Virus record (IMG/VR): IMGVR_UViG_3300025012_000225
Location: 1-31,683 of that record
Length of the DNA: 31,683 nucleotides
Direction: 5' to 3' (one strand)
From: a virus
Taxonomy: Duplodnaviria > Caudoviricetes
Shown: one piece after another, positions 28,915-31,683 of the stretch
Position numbering within the stretch: the stretch's first letter is position 1
Layout: each line of letters starts with the position of its first letter
Position numbers and translations under genes: made by a program
Notes under the pieces: generated by a model
Database searches by the model: none
Seen by the model: the letters and a program-made list of their open reading frames with translations, nothing else
What the model was told of the DNA's origin: nothing

Positions 28915-28975
28915 AAACCCTTATAAATAAAGAGTTTGTAGGCATCAAAATCGTGTCCAAACCGACATTTTGTAT
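28915..28975. repeat. Composite site: AAACCCTT palindrome + CAAAATC + core
   Basis: AAACCCTTataaataAAGAGTTT...CAAAATC...TGTCCAAA ccgaca TTTTGTAT. Confidence 0.7.
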
Positions 28976-28978
28976 TAA

Positions 28979-29080
28979 TTTATTAGAGAAGTTGGCATAA
29001 TACATAAAAATGAAATATTCTTCCGAAGGATTATTTACTAATTATATATTACAGCTTCTCTCACCAACCTCTCTAATAAA
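28979..29080. other. Structured non-coding segment with 17-bp terminal inverted arms
   Basis: TTTATTAGAGAAGTTGG...CCAACCTCTCTAATAAA (16/17). Confidence 0.55.
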
Positions 29081-29133
29081 ATTATAACCATAGATAGTAT
29101 AAAATATTCTGGTAAAATTAAGGAGGTTATATT

Positions 29134-29409
29134 ATGGAATTAGTAAGAGCATATAAACTTGAAAAATATATGGAAATAATTGTAGATGATAGTTTAGTAA
29201 AAGATAAATTTAATGACACAAATATACCCAATATGTAATTAATAGAAGATGTTAAAGATTTTGATAACTATGATGTAATATTTAGATTACTTAATTGGAC
29301 TAGGAATTATAAAAGAGAAGATTATACTTTTAGAATTTTAAAAACAAATAAAAATAAAAAGGTAGATTTTCAAGAAGAAATGGAATATTTAAAATGTAGA
29401 GTATTATAA
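29134..29409 (+). pseudogene. Hypothetical gene with an in-frame TAA at 29236
   Basis: SD AAGGAGG + ATG; the same frame continues for 56 codons after the TAA, up to the next gene's SD. Confidence 0.7.
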
Positions 29410-29429
29410 AATTAGAAAGGATATGACAT

Positions 29430-29651
29430 ATGTTTAAATGGTTAAATAGAAAGTTTACTAAAAACTACACTGAAGTACCTTTATTATTGGTGGAATTTGA
29501 CTTAAATAAGTATAAAACAAATGGTGCGAAAAATTCATGCATGATTAAAATTCATCCTGAATTAAAAGGTGATAAATACATTCAAACAGAAATAAGTAAA
29601 GTTATTGACTATATCAGAGAAAATTATGATATGGAAAAATTAAGTAAGTAA
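29430..29651 (+). CDS. Hypothetical protein
   Basis: SD AAAGGA; 73 aa. Confidence 0.7.
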   Translation: MFKWLNRKFTKNYTEVPLLLVEFDLNKYKTNGAKNSCMIKIHPELKGDKYIQTEISKVIDYIRENYDMEKLSK

Positions 29652-29685
29652 ATATCTAAATTTATAACAGGAGGCAATAATTTAT

Positions 29686-29985
29686 ATGTGTAAGTTTTGT
29701 GAAAGTAGATTTGAACGAGAAGCATATCAAGAAGCATTAAAACAATTCAAAATTTCAAAAGAATTTGCTTTTGCTGACGAAAATCCAAGAATGACTGAAT
29801 TTTATAATACAGCAATTATAGCACTTGAAAAACAAATACCAATGAAAGTAAAACACCCAATTAATGCAGATGGTCAATATAATAAGTTAGTTACATATTG
29901 CTTTTCATGTGGTGAAACTGTCAAGGATATGAAATATTGTTGTAATTGTGGGCAGAAATTAGATTGGGATATAAAGGAGGAATAA
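29686..29985 (+). CDS. Phage zinc-ribbon protein
   Basis: AIIALEKQIPMKV...CFSCG...YCCNCGQKLDW. Confidence 0.75.
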   Translation: MCKFCESRFEREAYQEALKQFKISKEFAFADENPRMTEFYNTAIIALEKQIPMKVKHPINADGQYNKLVTYCFSCGETVKDMKYCCNCGQKLDWDIKEE

Positions 29986-29990
29986 TTAAT

Positions 29991-30176
29991 ATGTATTTTG
30001 TAAGTTATAGTTGTGGAGGAGAAGAATTGTTATTATGTAAATCCTATCCTAGCACAGTAATAATATTTAATAATATAGAAGATGCTAAAATTGCAATTTT
30101 ACAAGAAATTAATAAAGATGAATTTAAGTTGAAACATAATTATAAAATACTAAATATTGTTTGTGAACAAAAATAA
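29991..30176 (+). CDS. Hypothetical protein
   Basis: SD AAGGAGG before ATG 29991. Confidence 0.7.
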   Translation: MYFVSYSCGGEELLLCKSYPSTVIIFNNIEDAKIAILQEINKDEFKLKHNYKILNIVCEQK

Positions 30177-30197
30177 TAAAAGGAGATTATAATTAAT

Positions 30198-30329
30198 ATG
30201 ACTACACAAATAATGTATGACAATGGATTAAGATGTAAAGGTAAAGGATTTAATTGTAAAAATTGTAGAGATAAAAATGAATGTGTTGAGTATGAAATTT
30301 GGGAATCTAAGAAAACATACCAATATTAA
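30198..30329 (+). CDS. Small Cys-rich protein (43 aa)
   Basis: SD AAGGAG; C...CKNC...C. Confidence 0.6.
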   Translation: MTTQIMYDNGLRCKGKGFNCKNCRDKNECVEYEIWESKKTYQY

Positions 30330-30505
30330 AATTTGAATACAAGAATTGGAAAGGTGAAACAAGTATAAGAAAAGTTATTCCATATAAGATTTGGTTTGGT
30401 AGTACGGAATTCCATAAAGAAGAACAATATTTGCTACATGCGTATGATGTTGATAAATGTGGTGAAAGAAATTTTGCTTTAAGAGATGTGATTAAGTTTT
30501 TGTAA
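30317..30505 (+). CDS. WYL-like domain (ATA start, or frameshifted continuation of 30198)
   Basis: LKFEYKNWKGETSIRKVIPYKIWF...YLLHAYDVDKCGERNFALRDV. Confidence 0.7.
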   Translation: MPILKFEYKNWKGETSIRKVIPYKIWFGSTEFHKEEQYLLHAYDVDKCGERNFALRDVIKFL

Positions 30506-30529
30506 ATTAGAAAGGAAAATAATTATTAT

Positions 30530-30670
30530 ATAAATAAAAATATCCCATTAGAATGTGAAGATTGCTTATGTTATAACTGTAAAAAGAAGAATATTTGTAA
30601 TATATGCATATATTGTTTAAATATAGAATATCACCCTATATATAATTGCGATGAGGAGGAAGAAATTTAA
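30530..30670 (+). CDS. Small Cys-rich protein (46 aa, ATA start)
   Basis: CEDCLCYNC...C..C..C; SD AAAGGA; fills the gap between neighbouring genes. Confidence 0.55.
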   Translation: MNKNIPLECEDCLCYNCKKKNICNICIYCLNIEYHPIYNCDEEEEI

Positions 30671-30671
30671 T

Positions 30672-31094
30672 ATGAAGACAGGTAAAGAAATAATATTAGA
30701 TTATTGTGATAATATTAAAACAGGTGATATAGACCACTTGCAAGCATGTATAGATATTAGAGAATCATTGAGAGATAAAAGTGATATAAATTATTTTTAT
30801 GATCATTGTCCTAGTGCGTTTGGATTAGATGATTTTACTGGAGATTGTGAAATAGAAAATGTGGGAATAGATTCTAAAGAACAATTAAAACAGTGTAGAA
30901 AATGTTGGGATAGAGCATTGAATATAAATATAAAAACATATTATTGTGAACAAGATTGTATTTATATAAGATATAGTAAATTACCATGTGTTAATAAGGA
31001 AATTATAAATCTAAAAATAAAAGAAGAAATAAATATAATATATGATAATAATAGTTATCCATTATGTCCTTATTATATAGAAGAAAATAAATAA
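30672..31094 (+). CDS. Cys-rich hypothetical phage protein
   Basis: SD GAGGAGG before ATG 30672; CPSAFGL...CRKCW. Confidence 0.75.
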   Translation: MKTGKEIILDYCDNIKTGDIDHLQACIDIRESLRDKSDINYFYDHCPSAFGLDDFTGDCEIENVGIDSKEQLKQCRKCWDRALNINIKTYYCEQDCIYIRYSKLPCVNKEIINLKIKEEINIIYDNNSYPLCPYYIEENK

Positions 31095-31125
31095 ATTAAT
31101 TTATTTTAAATGAGGTGTTAAATAT

Positions 31126-31293
31126 ATGTATTGTTTAATATGTGAACCAATAGTTAAACTAAAAGAACAAGAATATGATGAAAATGAAGGTTTATATTAT
31201 CAATATTATATATGTCCTGAATGTAATAATAAACATTATTTTACTTCGCAATCAGGTGATATGGTTGAAGAATATTTAAATTTGTATGAATAA
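31126..31293 (+). CDS. Small zinc-ribbon protein (55 aa)
   Basis: SD GAGGTG; CLIC...CPEC. Confidence 0.7.
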   Translation: MYCLICEPIVKLKEQEYDENEGLYYQYYICPECNNKHYFTSQSGDMVEEYLNLYE

Positions 31294-31305
31294 AAGGAGT
31301 AAATT

Positions 31306-31391
31306 ATGGCAAATTGTAATATATGTTTAAATAAAATAAGGCATGTCATATTTGTGGAATAGGTTATTATTGGATGATTTTTAAAACCTAA
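31306..31391 (+). pseudogene. Tiny Cys-rich gene with an apparent 1-nt frameshift
   Basis: SD AAGGAG; MANCNICLNK, then KACHICGIGYYW in a different frame across an A-run. Confidence 0.4.
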
Positions 31392-31413
31392 AATAAAAAG
31401 TGAGGTGATTATT

Positions 31414-31683
31414 ATTAATTATTGTGCTGAATGTAATTCACCAACTAATTCTACATTATTTATTAGGCAATTAGGTTTTCTATGTGGTGAATGTGCTATG
31501 GAATATGGCAATAAAGAAATTGAAAAATTAGTTAATGAAAAGAATAAAATAAATAAACAAATACAAGAAATAACTAGTAAAATTAAAGAAACAATTCAAA
31601 ATGATTGCAAACATAAAAATGCCTTTGCTAGTAATTATGTTTTTATAGGTCAAGATGAATTTGAACAAAGTTGGAGATGTCCT
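31414..31683 (+). CDS. Cys-containing hypothetical protein, 3'-truncated (probable ATT start)
   Basis: SD GAGGTG, then INYCAEC...CGEC...; open to the window end. Confidence 0.6.
   Translation, partial: MNYCAECNSPTNSTLFIRQLGFLCGECAMEYGNKEIEKLVNEKNKINKQIQEITSKIKETIQNDCKHKNAFASNYVFIGQDEFEQSWRCP

Noticed and set aside
29134-29409. Stop-codon reassignment or readthrough
   Set aside because: The internal stop is TAA, the dominant terminator here; TAG and TGA also end intact genes.

Overview
Very AT-rich, almost entirely plus-strand segment of a large Firmicutes (Clostridium-like) phage or prophage of SPbeta-like organisation. From left to right it holds: the end of a structural/tail-associated block; a RuvC-like resolvase; a DUF2325 protein; two orphan DNA methyltransferases (one frameshifted); an ATA-initiated poly(A)-polymerase/CCA-type nucleotidyltransferase missed by the ORF track; an operon of ATP-dependent DNA ligase + TARG1-type macrodomain + WGR-PARP; a replication operon (putative SSB, AAA ATPase, DnaB-like helicase, primase, PD-(D/E)XK nuclease, free-standing LAGLIDADG endonuclease, intein-containing DnaE, ERCC4 nuclease); and an array of small accessory genes, several broken. 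The most notable non-coding signal is a dispersed family of imperfect palindromic cores (TGACAAAA-N6-TTTTGTCA-like) at accessory-gene boundaries. Two cores have tandem NrdR-like boxes and two have an AAACCCTT palindrome, each at a fixed distance upstream. This suggests an integron-like gene-cassette system whose recombinase is not in this window. All family assignments come from motif recognition by eye; no searches were run.
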